64,000 nt of DNA. Source: Chiloscyllium plagiosum. Lineage: Eukaryota. How positions within the stretch are numbered: the stretch's first letter is position 1; each line of letters starts with the position of its first letter. Position numbers and translations under genes: made by a program. Below, one piece after another: positions 63,631-64,000 of this stretch. The notes under the pieces were generated by a model. The model searched no databases. It was not told the DNA's origin and saw nothing but the letters and a program-made list of their open reading frames with translations. The stretch covers positions 44,535,734-44,599,733 of the forward strand of contig NC_057739.1 in the NCBI RefSeq assembly GCF_004010195.1. The letters run 5' to 3'.

Positions 63631-64000
63631 TTTCTTTGGAATTTGAAACCTTTTGTCCTATTCTTACACTTTCTTGTTTCTCCCTCTAATACATTCACTG
63701 TTTATTAACCTGGAAAATATGTTTGGTGTGATTGTGTATATCATAAATTTGATAGATATGTACCTCCCTCCCTTATCCCTTGCCCCTGTTTAGATCTTTA
63801 TTGTTGAGAACCTCCAGTGTGACTTCATCTCTCTCAATTTCCTTGCTCCTCTCTTGCACTCTAGCCTGTCTGCCTCTGAACTTGCAGCACTCTTACGTTG
63901 GCTCAGATCCTAACATTTTCATCAAATGTGCTGACAAGAGGATGCTGTTGTAATCTAGCAACTGAACATAACTTGACAGAAGCCAAGCACCATCTCTGAT

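Noticed and set aside
61503-64000. Second exon of the putative SPOUT1
   Set aside because: No AG/GT-bounded segment resembling the Lys/Trp-rich N-terminus was found; presumably beyond the window

Overview
Eukaryotic vertebrate DNA. The repeat content (HE1-like V-SINEs, CR1/HER1-like LINEs, Penelope-like elements) points to a shark or other elasmobranch; the species cannot be determined. All genes are on the + strand. (1) TBC1D13 (Rab-GAP): coding exons 2-12 at 793-38950, with exon 1 upstream of the window, an 18.6 kb LINE-packed last intron and an apparently repeat-free ~6 kb 3' region. (2) ENDOG (endonuclease G): complete, 3 exons at 51876-59014, 294 aa, DRGH motif. (3) A CpG-rich promoter and 36-nt first coding exon at 61467-61502 (MAERENVWTERK), probably SPOUT1. 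Gene names rest on my recall of the human proteins and synteny, not on a search. The most interesting non-genic signal is a dense set of roughly 25 short elements from about 5 sequence-distinct families. They carry minimal type I hammerhead ribozyme cores with covarying stems. Many are inserted as tail-out inverted repeats with a one-sided ~30-38 nt extension and 9-17 bp target-site duplications. A GIY-YIG Penelope fragment in ENDOG intron 1 has the same architecture. Hammerheads in Penelope-like elements are known, so any novelty lies in the shared non-autonomous architecture and possible activity in host introns. No prokaryotic-type system (CRISPR, operon) is supported.
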